From NCBI GenBank assembly GCA_003345545.1, contig PRDH01000070.1, positions 1 through 40,187 on the forward strand: a stretch of 40,187 nucleotides of DNA, in the 5' to 3' direction. This document shows, one piece after another, positions 19,709-29,455 of this stretch. The DNA comes from Candidatus Thorarchaeota archaeon. Lineage in GTDB: Archaea; Asgardarchaeota; Thorarchaeia; Thorarchaeales; Thorarchaeaceae. The translations under genes and the position numbers were made by a program. Within the stretch, counting starts at the first letter, position 1. Each line of letters begins with the position of its first letter. The notes below the pieces were generated by a model that was not told where the DNA came from, searched no databases, and worked only from the letters and a program-made list of their open reading frames with translations.

Positions 19709-21418
19709 CTATGATTCGATATGTTTCTGAAGTTCATCTTTGAGTCGGACTGCCTCGGTCCCGCCAGAAATCTCCAAGAAGACAGCAGACTCTGGAGAGT
19801 CGCCTGTGACGTAGACCACTAGAGTCAGACCATCTATTCTGAGAGCTCTTCTCTTCGGCGGAGTCAGCGTTTCTTTGAGCATTGGAGTGAGTTTTGGATA
19901 TCTCAGTCCGATAGTTGTCCAGAGCTCTTGCCACTGCTCGAACGTCAACTCAAACTGGGTGAGTGTCAACCTGTGGAGCGCATCAGAAACTTGCTTCAAG
20001 AGCACACTTCTGTTTGGAAAGTCAGTATTGTACATGAGTTCATCATGTGTCTTCGTAAGTTGTTCAATATCCCGATCCTTAATCCCGCGTTCTATTTTCT
20101 GCACTGTGGTCACATATCGGGGTTTCTTGAGCTCTCTGGCGAACTCTGAGTAATCGAGTTGCACAAGTAGATCGCTCTTGGCCATCTCCTTCAGCTGTTC
20201 AAATGACTCCTTTGACTCGTTCCCATGCTTCAATTGCTCTATGATTTCAATGGCAGGAGCCCTCTGAGCATAACGAGAAGTCGCCAGCTCTACAAGATGT
20301 TGAGTGAAGGCATAGAGGTCACCATAGTAGGGAGTCCGCTCGGACTCTTCCCTCACAAACTTGGTCCTATGCCAGAAGACAAGCGGAGCCAAGGACTTGA
20401 CAATCTCTATGCTCACTTCATGAGACCCGACAAGCCAAGCAGTGGCCTTTGAATATCGATTCAGATCCTTTGCTGCCCGTACGCTGAGAGGCACAATCAC
20501 CTTGTTACAGACACTCTTTGCAGTATTGAAATGACATCCGTCGCAGAGGCCAGTATCGACAGTCAAGCCCGATGACTGACTCTTGTCTACTCTGATACAT
20601 GCTCCGAACTCCCGTACGAGAGACCGCATGTACTCGGACGCCTCTGGCGACACAGGTATCTTGTCGGCGAGATTCCAGATTGTGAGGAGGTTCTCTTCTG
20701 TCAAGATCGCAGGCACTTGCCAGAGTTCATCAAAACCGAATAGACGTTCATCACGAGAGGAAAGTATTAGTTCCAAGTCACTCACTGTTGGCATGGTGAT
20801 TGGAACTGCCAAGCCAAATCTATCAAGAAATGGAGGACCAATATCGAAGGTTCCAGAATCAGCAGGATTGAGCGTGGCATACAGGCTGTACTCATCGCAT
20901 CTCTTGACTTCATCATAATACTTGACCTCACCTTCAGCGAGAAGAGAGAGCAGTATGTTCTGAGAGTGAGGAGTCAGACGATTCACTTCATCTATGATTT
21001 TCCAGAAACCCGTGATAAAAGAGCGCCATACAACAACCTCTAGTCCCTCTTTCATGAGGGGACCAGGACGTAGCGTGGCCACCATCTTTTCTTCAGTAAG
21101 TTGAGGGTGACCTCTGAGAATACCATCCTCAATCTCCTCAAGGCTCTTTCCGGTCATCATGCGACCTAGTATCTTGACCAATGTCGTCTTTCCGCCACCG
21201 TGGCCACCAATGAGCAGCATTGCAGAACGGGGTACTAGTGCATTGAGGACGCAAGAACCTACTATCAGGGGAATTCGTGTGGTCTGTGTCTTGTCCTTCG
21301 TTCCAGTAGTGGTGTACTTGATTTCCAAATCCGTAGAGTGCACAAAGAGACCTCTGCTCTCTACCGTGGTAATGACGCTTCTAACCAGTTCTTGAAGTTT
21401 CGATGTCGGAGAACTCAT
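19709..21418 (-). CDS. MoxR-like AAA+ ATPase
   Basis: Walker A GGHGGGKTT, Walker B IIDEVNR, QNILLSLLAEG, sensor-1 ATLNP, FLDRF, sensor-2-like SVRA; 9 bp upstream of the VWA gene. Confidence 0.88.
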   Translation of the reverse strand: MSSPTSKLQELVRSVITTVESRGLFVHSTDLEIKYTTTGTKDKTQTTRIPLIVGSCVLNALVPRSAMLLIGGHGGGKTTLVKILGRMMTGKSLEEIEDGILRGHPQLTEEKMVATLRPGPLMKEGLEVVVWRSFITGFWKIIDEVNRLTPHSQNILLSLLAEGEVKYYDEVKRCDEYSLYATLNPADSGTFDIGPPFLDRFGLAVPITMPTVSDLELILSSRDERLFGFDELWQVPAILTEENLLTIWNLADKIPVSPEASEYMRSLVREFGACIRVDKSQSSGLTVDTGLCDGCHFNTAKSVCNKVIVPLSVRAAKDLNRYSKATAWLVGSHEVSIEIVKSLAPLVFWHRTKFVREESERTPYYGDLYAFTQHLVELATSRYAQRAPAIEIIEQLKHGNESKESFEQLKEMAKSDLLVQLDYSEFARELKKPRYVTTVQKIERGIKDRDIEQLTKTHDELMYNTDFPNRSVLLKQVSDALHRLTLTQFELTFEQWQELWTTIGLRYPKLTPMLKETLTPPKRRALRIDGLTLVVYVTGDSPESAVFLEISGGTEAVRLKDELQKHIES

Positions 21419-21682
21419 GGCATCACAGGCTAGGGTACACTGAGTCTATAATGCTTATGAACATCCCCAACGGGGCGCGAATTGAAGAGCTGCAGTAGCA
21501 CCGTTATCTCAGTTGCATCATTGCCTCAGGGAATTAAGAATCCATTCACAATTCTAGAAATTATTCTGCCAGACAAAGCCCCCGGAGAGCAATGAGGTTC
21601 TGGATTTCGAAACGGTCATTATTTGTGAAAGGCGCCGAAATGTACCTCCTCCGAAGATGTAATATGTGTTCATGAGAAAACC

Positions 21683-22780
21683 ATGGGACCAAAAAAGCGG
21701 GGTTGCAGATTGGGCGAAGAGAAAACCTATGCTGAAGCAATCACTCTGATAGAACCAGAGAAACAGCCTACAGAACGGTTGAGCCAATACTCAGTGGTAA
21801 CAAGAGCGATGGAACATCACGCGTTGATGAATCGCTATGGTAGTCTGAAGAAGAAGCTCATTGATGCAGGACTGCAATTTGGCGGCCGAGTTCTTCTGAT
21901 CGGATCCCCGGGGACAGATTTCGAGGCATTTGTCCAATACCTGAGTCAGGAAGTACCCCTCAAACTGGTGCGATTCAGGATGGACATTCTGCTGAACGAA
22001 GTCAAGAGAGGAGCCGAGATACTGAGAGTCGGATTCGAGTTCGCGAGGAGGAATTCTCCGGCTGCCATGTATGTAGAAAAATTGGAGTCTGTTTCGCCCG
22101 CCAGCAGTGAACGCTCTGCAGTCCTTCAAGATGAACTGGCGCGAACAGGATGGGATGGGGAAGAAGTCTTGGTCATCGCATCCACAACAAGACCCCAGGA
22201 TGTCGATACTGATGTCCTCTCAACATTCGATAGAGTCTATGTCATAGAGGGAACAACGCTTGAAGACCGAGTGCGGCTGTTTGAACAGACATTGAAAGGC
22301 CACGAGAATATAGATCCAACAGCGGTAGCAGAGTTGACTGATGGCTGGGGCTACTCCAGCACGAAACAGCTTGCTGTGAGTCTTTTCATGACCGAGACCG
22401 AAGAAGGCGGTCAGATCCCCAGAGATAAGATTGAGGAGATGATAGAGAAAAGTTGCGTCATGCCGCTCAACAACCCCAGATACCTAGAGTCAGTCATCGG
22501 GCGCACTGGAGGAACAACGAAACACAAGATAGAAACTCTGCGTACTGAGTATCCTGATGACTTTCTAGACCAGCTCTATCTCATGGCGGCGGGAGAAGAC
22601 TATTCAGCAACTCAGAGAGCCATAGAGGTCTTGAATGACGGAATGCCGCTATCCAACGAAGACCGCGAGGTACTCTCCAGATATCCGTTCCTTCTGAACG
22701 GAACGCCGGAAGACAGACTGACGAGGCTTCTGAGAGCAAAGAAAAGCAATGACAGACTTCAGAGGATTATGGGACGTTAA
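21683..22780 (+). CDS. Degenerate (probably inactive) classic-clade AAA+ protein
   Basis: RVLLIGSPGTDFE (Walker A lacking GK[ST]), FARRNSPAAMYVEKLE (degenerate Walker B), VIASTTRPQDVDTDVLSTFDR (SRH-like), LTDGWGYS lid. True start may be TTG 21710. Confidence 0.8.
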   Translation: MGPKKRGCRLGEEKTYAEAITLIEPEKQPTERLSQYSVVTRAMEHHALMNRYGSLKKKLIDAGLQFGGRVLLIGSPGTDFEAFVQYLSQEVPLKLVRFRMDILLNEVKRGAEILRVGFEFARRNSPAAMYVEKLESVSPASSERSAVLQDELARTGWDGEEVLVIASTTRPQDVDTDVLSTFDRVYVIEGTTLEDRVRLFEQTLKGHENIDPTAVAELTDGWGYSSTKQLAVSLFMTETEEGGQIPRDKIEEMIEKSCVMPLNNPRYLESVIGRTGGTTKHKIETLRTEYPDDFLDQLYLMAAGEDYSATQRAIEVLNDGMPLSNEDREVLSRYPFLLNGTPEDRLTRLLRAKKSNDRLQRIMGR

Positions 22781-22795
22781 CCAGGGGAACTGAAT

Positions 22796-25700
22796 TTGGG
22801 CAATATCAGAGCTTACGTTGAATCGGCAAAGTTGGACAACTTCCTCTCATTCTACTCGGGAAAAGTCGTCTTCGACAGAGGACTGACTGTCCTAGCTGGG
22901 CCTAATGGTTCAGGCAAGACATCCGTCTTTCATGCTCTGAAGTTCGCACTGGGCTCAAATCAGCGAGAGAATCGATACGGTAAATGGAGCGATTTCATTA
23001 GACACGGAGCAAGTACTGCACAAGTCGAAGTTATAGTCAAGGTCAACGGTCAAGACAGGAAGTTCCAACGGAAGATTGACCATGATGGTATCCCTAGAGC
23101 ATATGTAGACGGTCGACGAGTCAAAGCTGCTGAACTCAGACAGATAGTTCAGTCATTCGGGCTGGATACGGACAATCCTCTAGTCTTTATCCCTCAGGAG
23201 AGAATCAACGCAGTACGAGACATGGATCCGTACGAAGTGAGAAAGCTCGTTGAAGAGGGAACTGGTCTTGATGTCCTTCGAGACAGAATAATACTCCAAG
23301 AAACCGAGGTTGTTCAGAGTCGACAGCGACTGACAGCAGCTCTTGCAGAATCGAAGTCAGTAGAGAGAGAGCTTGAACTGCTTCAGCATGACCTCAGCCG
23401 TCTTGAAAAGAAAAGAGCCCTCCAAGAACAGGAGAAGCTACTTGAAAAAGACCTGCTATGGGCATCTCTTGATGACTTGACTGGAAAAATCGATTCTGTC
23501 AAGACCGAGATTGACGGGAAGGAGGCAGGTCTCGTATCGATACTTGACGAACAGACACGTGTTCAATCGGAGATCGCTAGTAATGAACAAGAAACTGAGA
23601 GCGTTGAAATAAGGCTCTCGAATCTGCAGATTGAACTCGGCCGCATCGATGCTAAGATTGAAGAAGAGGAACATAATCTGGCTCGTATCGAGGGGGATTC
23701 ACAGAAACAAGTAAGTGAATTCAAGCAGCTTGAGAAGGAAATCAAGACAGAAACGAGAAACAAGGAAAAACTCCAGGAAGATATCGAACGAATTACATCT
23801 ACTAAAGAAGACACCATGGAGAAGCAGCGTGAACTTCGTTTGTCACTTCAGACTATAGAAGACGAACGAAACCACCTCAGAGATGAATTGGAAGCTTTTG
23901 CTGACTGGAACACCAAGAGAGCAGAATCCCATGGGAGATACAAAGCGCTTCAAGCGGAGATTGAAGGGAAAGACCTGCTCTTGCGAAGTGTGAAAGAGAG
24001 AATGCAAGTAGAAGAAGCAGAACTTCAGTCGATAGAGAGCAAGTGGTCACATGTATGGTCTGCAATGGAGAAATCCGATGAGAAAGAGCTGGCAAAGAAG
24101 AAAGGCCAGCTAGAGAGGGAGATTGCTTCTCTGAATGAAGAACGATTCCGGCAGAGCAGTATAGTATCCCAACTCCAGAAGGATATTGATGAGCTCAATG
24201 TGCGACTCTCTGAAACATCCAAACGTATTCCCGAAGCGGTCAAGCAACTGAAGGATGCAATTGCAGAGCACAAATTGGAGAGTGTCACAGGTCCGCTTAT
24301 CGAGCTCTTCACCGCGGATGATTCCATAGCCTGTGCAGTTGAGGCAGTGCTGCCCGACAATATGATACTAGCCTTCATAGTCACAGATGAATCAGACTTC
24401 CAGATACTCCAGAAGCTCAGGGATAATGCTGAGGCGCCATCTCCACTGATTCTGCTGAAGCCTTCAGGAGATCAAGGTGAACGCCCAGCACTGAAGACCG
24501 AGGCCGGTGTGGAAGGATGGCTCTGGGATAGGCTCAACATCGACGATGAGACCAAGGGACTCTTACGAAGAGCTGTCGGAGACTTTGTTCTCACAAAGAA
24601 CATTCGATCTGCAACGCGTCTTGCAGCAAAGGAGGGACTCAGGGGGGTCTCCGTGGACGGGCATGTCATTATTCCAGACCCTGACAAGATTGTAAGCAAT
24701 CCAAAGATTCTGCCATCAGGAATGGTTTCAACTGCGCCCCTCCAGTCGCGTCTCTCCAGCGCAGACAAAGAACTGACTCTGGCCAAGAAGCGAGTCACCG
24801 ACACCATGATGGCTCTGGACGAACTGACAGGTCAGAGAGAAGAAGTACTGGATCTGCTGAGTCAGATGACTCGGTGGAGCGGGAGCTGGGAGCGACGAAG
24901 GAGTCTACTTGAAACTATCCCTGTACAGGAAGAGAGAATCGCTGCGCTCGATGAAGAACTAAAGGGGCTTCAAGCAGAGCTCGGTAAATCAGAGAGGGAA
25001 CTTAGAAAACTGGACAACACCCAGCCTCCTGAACGAAGCAGATTGATTGGACAAGACTCAGCTCTCCGCATCAAGCACCGACAGCTCCAGGCAGACCTTA
25101 CCAAAGTGGACGCGCGAGCAAATGCAGCTGAACGCGATGAAGAGATCAAGCGTCAGGAGCTGAAGAGGGTTGTTGAGAATGTCACCATGCTGACAAACAG
25201 CCTCGACGAGTTGCGTGCGGAAATCCTGGAATCAAAGAGCGCTGCCTCTAGAATCCTTAGGAAGATAGAAGTTCTCAGGGCAAGCCAGGAAGGGGCCCGG
25301 AACCAGAAAAGTGAGCTTGCTGAGGAAATGGGACGACTTAGGGAAACAAATCGTTCTCTAGGCGGGAGGATTGTGGAACTCAACCTCGTCATCAAGGAAC
25401 AAAAGATACAGGTCCTTCAGGCCAAGCGACAATTGACGAACATGGAGTATGATCTCGAGAACCTCGAACGGGACCTTGATGAACAAGAAAGACCAGATGC
25501 AGTGAAACCCCTAGAACAGGTAAGGAATGAACTTGTGAAGCTTCGCCACATCCTGGATGACTATCAAGATGTATCCGAGAGCGTGGCGCACACCGAAATA
25601 CAACTGAAGGGGCGGTTGACTACTCTCGTTGAGAGAGTGACGGAGCTGCAAGAGGAATTAGGAGAAGCAGAGTCTACTGTCAAGGATATACGAGAGCAGT

Positions 25701-26167
25701 ATCACAACGGAATGAATGAAACCTTGCGCAATGTTGAGAAGAATGTGAATGAAGTTCTAGGAAGTGTTCAATTCCCTGGAAGTGTTCGTTTCGAACTTGC
25801 GCTCAGAGAGGGAGACTATGGTGTAGAGTTCAAATCGAGAATCAAAGCGGAAGGCTTTGGCGAAATCCGTGCAGGGTCCGGCGGCGAGAAATCTCTCATC
25901 GCCATCTCGTTGATTCTAGCCCTTCAAAGATATAATCCTGCTCCGGTCTATGTATTAGATGAAGTCGATACATTTCTCGATGCCACGAACACCGAACTTG
26001 TGAGTAGACTCTTCCATGACGCATCCCGCAGAAGTCAATTCATCCTTCTTACGCCCGCAAAGAGCACTCACCTTCTGAAACACGCAGACAGGATATTGGG
26101 AATCGTTTCACCCAATGGCGTCGAACCGTCAGTAATAATCGAGAGTCCGAAGTTCAAGGGGCAGTAG
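22796..26167 (+). CDS. smc: SMC-family ATPase, SMC5/6-like
   Basis: GPNGSGKTS, DNPLVFIPQERI Q-loop, long coiled coils, central hinge (VTGPLIEL...VEAVL...AFIV), SGGEKS signature, LDEVDTFLD, SQFILLTP; TTG start. Confidence 0.95.
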   Translation: MGNIRAYVESAKLDNFLSFYSGKVVFDRGLTVLAGPNGSGKTSVFHALKFALGSNQRENRYGKWSDFIRHGASTAQVEVIVKVNGQDRKFQRKIDHDGIPRAYVDGRRVKAAELRQIVQSFGLDTDNPLVFIPQERINAVRDMDPYEVRKLVEEGTGLDVLRDRIILQETEVVQSRQRLTAALAESKSVERELELLQHDLSRLEKKRALQEQEKLLEKDLLWASLDDLTGKIDSVKTEIDGKEAGLVSILDEQTRVQSEIASNEQETESVEIRLSNLQIELGRIDAKIEEEEHNLARIEGDSQKQVSEFKQLEKEIKTETRNKEKLQEDIERITSTKEDTMEKQRELRLSLQTIEDERNHLRDELEAFADWNTKRAESHGRYKALQAEIEGKDLLLRSVKERMQVEEAELQSIESKWSHVWSAMEKSDEKELAKKKGQLEREIASLNEERFRQSSIVSQLQKDIDELNVRLSETSKRIPEAVKQLKDAIAEHKLESVTGPLIELFTADDSIACAVEAVLPDNMILAFIVTDESDFQILQKLRDNAEAPSPLILLKPSGDQGERPALKTEAGVEGWLWDRLNIDDETKGLLRRAVGDFVLTKNIRSATRLAAKEGLRGVSVDGHVIIPDPDKIVSNPKILPSGMVSTAPLQSRLSSADKELTLAKKRVTDTMMALDELTGQREEVLDLLSQMTRWSGSWERRRSLLETIPVQEERIAALDEELKGLQAELGKSERELRKLDNTQPPERSRLIGQDSALRIKHRQLQADLTKVDARANAAERDEEIKRQELKRVVENVTMLTNSLDELRAEILESKSAASRILRKIEVLRASQEGARNQKSELAEEMGRLRETNRSLGGRIVELNLVIKEQKIQVLQAKRQLTNMEYDLENLERDLDEQERPDAVKPLEQVRNELVKLRHILDDYQDVSESVAHTEIQLKGRLTTLVERVTELQEELGEAESTVKDIREQYHNGMNETLRNVEKNVNEVLGSVQFPGSVRFELALREGDYGVEFKSRIKAEGFGEIRAGSGGEKSLIAISLILALQRYNPAPVYVLDEVDTFLDATNTELVSRLFHDASRRSQFILLTPAKSTHLLKHADRILGIVSPNGVEPSVIIESPKFKGQ

Positions 26168-26177
26168 GGGTGGGAGA

Positions 26178-26828
26178 GTGGAAGAGAAGAGTCTAGCAGC
26201 CAGAGTCTACGAGATAGTACAGGCAGCTCGCTCCGGAGAGATTGATCCACTTGAACTGCGATTGACAGACTCATACAGAGAACTGAAGGAGCTAGTGGCA
26301 AGAATCGACAGTAGGATTGACATCGATGAGATGTTGAATGAGGTTCTGGGGGCGAAGGTGAATCGTGTTCAGGAGTTGGCAAGAGTTCTTGCTTCTCCAG
26401 AGGTCTATGTTGCTCGTTTGAAGGAGAAATCAATGAGGGATATTGCCAGACTCTTGGTCCAGAGACAGCCAGTTGTCATAGGCCATCTTGAGCGACTCTC
26501 ACTGAACGAGTCCCTTGACAGAATCGTTCAGTTCATAGATGCAATGACTCGTGAGGCACCTCAAGACAAAGTGCCAAAGATGAGCGGACTTCCAAATGGT
26601 TTCGCTCTGGAAACTGAAGATACTGTCTTCATGGAAGACCTTGAGAAGTTCCTTGCAAGAATTCCTCAAGATGGAAAGGCCATCTTTGACGATATCATTG
26701 AGAGTGCTGAGTTTGACATCTTTCTCAGGCATTTCCTCTATGTCATACTCCTTGTATCCCAAGGACGTCTATTGTATAATCCGGCCACACGACAACTACG
26801 GAGACCACTTGTTCCCGAGGCAACATAA
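26178..26828 (+). CDS. Kleisin subunit (ScpA/Nse4-like)
   Basis: 10 bp after the smc stop; N-terminal GEIDPLELRL resembles ScpA ELDPWDIDI; C-terminal winged helix FLYVILLVSQGRL; GTG start. Confidence 0.75.
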   Translation: MEEKSLAARVYEIVQAARSGEIDPLELRLTDSYRELKELVARIDSRIDIDEMLNEVLGAKVNRVQELARVLASPEVYVARLKEKSMRDIARLLVQRQPVVIGHLERLSLNESLDRIVQFIDAMTREAPQDKVPKMSGLPNGFALETEDTVFMEDLEKFLARIPQDGKAIFDDIIESAEFDIFLRHFLYVILLVSQGRLLYNPATRQLRRPLVPEAT

Positions 26829-26909
26829 GAACAGTGGCAATCAGTAGCTAAGGCGAACGGAGTGCTCATTCTTGGAGAGGGCCGGTGCAACGTCGGCGTC
26901 TCTCGACAT

Positions 26910-28271
26910 TCACACAGAGACCTCAAGAGGAAGCTCGGTGGTTGATTCAACGGATTGGTTGTCTTTCTTTGCGAGTCGGGAGTGCAACTCTAATTTGGCA
27001 ATAGCTGCAAAGCCCAGAAGGGAAACGAATACTAAGACAACAGACGCGCCGATGAAGGGAGGACCTGTCGAGCCAACTGCTTCGGCCCATACTCCGCCAA
27101 TTCCCATTCCAATAACCTGTACAGCTGTGAATACGACATTTAGAAGGGAAAAGACACGACCACGGAACCTATCTTCTACGAGCGCCTGCATCAATACACT
27201 GAGAGGTATGTTCAGAATCACATCAACAGCACCAATCATTGCCCAAGCAAGCAGCACGCTCAAGAAATCATACGCTATGACCAGTGCGAAGACACCAACA
27301 CCTGCCAGAAGACCAGCAAACGCAATGAGATACAATGGTTTCTCGATTTTGCTTTTACGACTTAGATAGACAGCCGCTGCAGCCCCTGTGGCAGCACCAG
27401 CACTGAGTATCAATCCAATCTGGGCAGGTCCAAACCCCAATGCTCCTTCGAAATATGGCATCAGGAGTGCATTGAGTATCCCAGAAGACCCTGCGAGTAG
27501 CACTGCAAACACGAACAGGAATGAGAGAACGGCATTTCCTATGACATAGCGGCCGCCTTGGACTATCTGTTCTCGTAGTGATTCGTACTCCACATACATA
27601 CTCCGTGGTCTGAGATCAGTCGATATTCCACGGAGAACAATGGCTGATAGAATGAAGGTCATCGATGTGATGGCAAAGGCAAGGAAATAGTTGGGAGCAA
27701 GGAGCGCAATCAAAACACCTCCGAGAGGAGGAACAACTAACTGAACAACCTGGAAAGTCATCTGAGATAGAGAGTTCGCTGCGACTAGTTCGTCGCCTCC
27801 CACAAGATTGGGAATAGATGCGCTCCTTGCTGGAAAGAACCATGCATTTGCAGTTGCATGGATAAACGTCAAGAGATACACCCAGTAAATCGGGGGGGTG
27901 AACGATGGAAAATACACAGTCAAAGGTATCAGTATAATTGCAGCAGCTCGAACGATATCTGATGCAATCATGATTCTCTTGCGATTCCAACGATCAACAT
28001 ATACACCAATGAAGCCTGCAAAAACGACAACAGGTAGCACTTCAAACATGGCAAGTACTGCCATTGCCATGGCAGAACCTGTCAGGTCATAGGCGTAGAA
28101 CAGGAGGGCAAGGGCAGATACAGCAGTGCCAATATTCGATACAAGTTGCCCGAACCAGAGGCGTGAGTAATCAGGATGACGAAGAGCGGCCCTAAAGCCA
28201 CTCTGTTGTTGTTCATCTGCAGCACCCTCAGGTTGTTGCTGAACAATCAACGATTCTACCATCCAAAGCAC
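26910..28271 (-). CDS. MFS transporter (DHA3/macrolide-efflux-like)
   Basis: LWFGQLVSNIG, motif A GVYVDRWNRKRIMI, FFPARSASIP, RGRVFS; about 12 hydrophobic segments. Confidence 0.93.
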   Translation of the reverse strand: MLWMVESLIVQQQPEGAADEQQQSGFRAALRHPDYSRLWFGQLVSNIGTAVSALALLFYAYDLTGSAMAMAVLAMFEVLPVVVFAGFIGVYVDRWNRKRIMIASDIVRAAAIILIPLTVYFPSFTPPIYWVYLLTFIHATANAWFFPARSASIPNLVGGDELVAANSLSQMTFQVVQLVVPPLGGVLIALLAPNYFLAFAITSMTFILSAIVLRGISTDLRPRSMYVEYESLREQIVQGGRYVIGNAVLSFLFVFAVLLAGSSGILNALLMPYFEGALGFGPAQIGLILSAGAATGAAAAVYLSRKSKIEKPLYLIAFAGLLAGVGVFALVIAYDFLSVLLAWAMIGAVDVILNIPLSVLMQALVEDRFRGRVFSLLNVVFTAVQVIGMGIGGVWAEAVGSTGPPFIGASVVLVFVSLLGFAAIAKLELHSRLAKKDNQSVESTTELPLEVSV

Positions 28272-28880
28272 ACCTCTGTCATTGCCTCTGTCGAAAGCAG
28301 AGGTTTTCGTGGTGCTCGTTCCTGGGGAATTGGTTCGATTCTCTGGCGTGTCATTCTAGCACCCCATCCTCGATACGAACGCCAGAGCCAATGCATCAGC
28401 GATTTGTACATTGATGGACCGATTTCTCTTGGTCAGAAGAATCAATTGAGAATTATCTCGAAGAGCCATGATCATTCACATTCTCCTATTGACTGGTCAG
28501 TGGTATTGTTCGTTCTGAGCTGCAATGACCACATCTGTGACCACTGTGTGACCACAAGCCCATGGGATGGGAATCAGAGGTCGTCATCATGACAATTCGC
28601 TCAGAGGATGTCATGTGCAACTACCTGACAAATGAGAGGTATGCATATGCAATAGCATCAGTACTCTGAACTTGGCGAGCAGCCTTGTTCTTTCGAAAGG
28701 TTGAGTTGTTGATTGTTGGAGTCATAATAGTTCACATGAAATACAGCTCAGAATTGGTATATATAGCGAAGCCACTCTTGAGGGACACAGGATGAAGTCA
28801 CAAGATGTGACTACCTCTAGAGCACGTCGCGTGCCTGACAGGTCATACTTTATACCTGATTGTACTGGAGAATTCGAGAT

Positions 28881-29384
28881 ATGAACGAGTATGCCGTGCT
28901 TGTCAAGCTCCTCACACGAACAGGAACACCCATTGGCGCAAGCATAGATGACATGCTCGATGCACTCGGTCTCCCCGAGGATGTTGGGAGGCATGTTCTA
29001 TTCCAAAAGCTGAGTGACCTTCATGAGAGGGTCAGACCACTAGGTCTTGTTATCAAGCACAATCCAATATCGGGTGTCTTCTATCTTGACACCTCCAGCG
29101 AGGTCAGGCTTCCTCAAGATGGCACCACATTGCCAGACAGGCTTGCGGCAACCCTTCTTATTGTAATGACACTTGCCTACCAAGACGGTGGCTGGGTGAA
29201 TGTCGAAAGAGTCAGAGAGTTCAGGAAGAAGGCGCTGCAGGGTGTGATGGTCGATCTTCGTGAACTGCAGAGTCAGGGCTATGTTGAGCTGGATCAGGAC
29301 AGGAAGCGAGTACGCCTTGGAACGAAAGTGCCGTTCGAGATCGATTACGAGGCTTTCTTCAAGGACCTTGCAGAGAGTCAGTAA
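28881..29384 (+). CDS. Kite-family tandem winged-helix protein (ScpB/Nse1/Nse3/JetB-like)
   Basis: WH-A LSDLHERVRPLGLVIKHN..SGVFYL; WH-B LAATLLIVMTLAYQ...DLRELQSQGYV; near smc and kleisin. Start placed at ATG 28881. Confidence 0.65.
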   Translation: MNEYAVLVKLLTRTGTPIGASIDDMLDALGLPEDVGRHVLFQKLSDLHERVRPLGLVIKHNPISGVFYLDTSSEVRLPQDGTTLPDRLAATLLIVMTLAYQDGGWVNVERVREFRKKALQGVMVDLRELQSQGYVELDQDRKRVRLGTKVPFEIDYEAFFKDLAESQ

Positions 29385-29455
29385 GTATCTCAGAAAGAAG
29401 GTTCCTTCGCTAGTTTTATCAGCAGTCAGATACGACTCAAGACTGGTCAGTAATC

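Noticed and set aside
28176-28592. 138-aa + strand ORF overlapping the MFS start
   Set aside because: No recognisable motifs, atypical composition, and it overlaps a real gene on the opposite strand.
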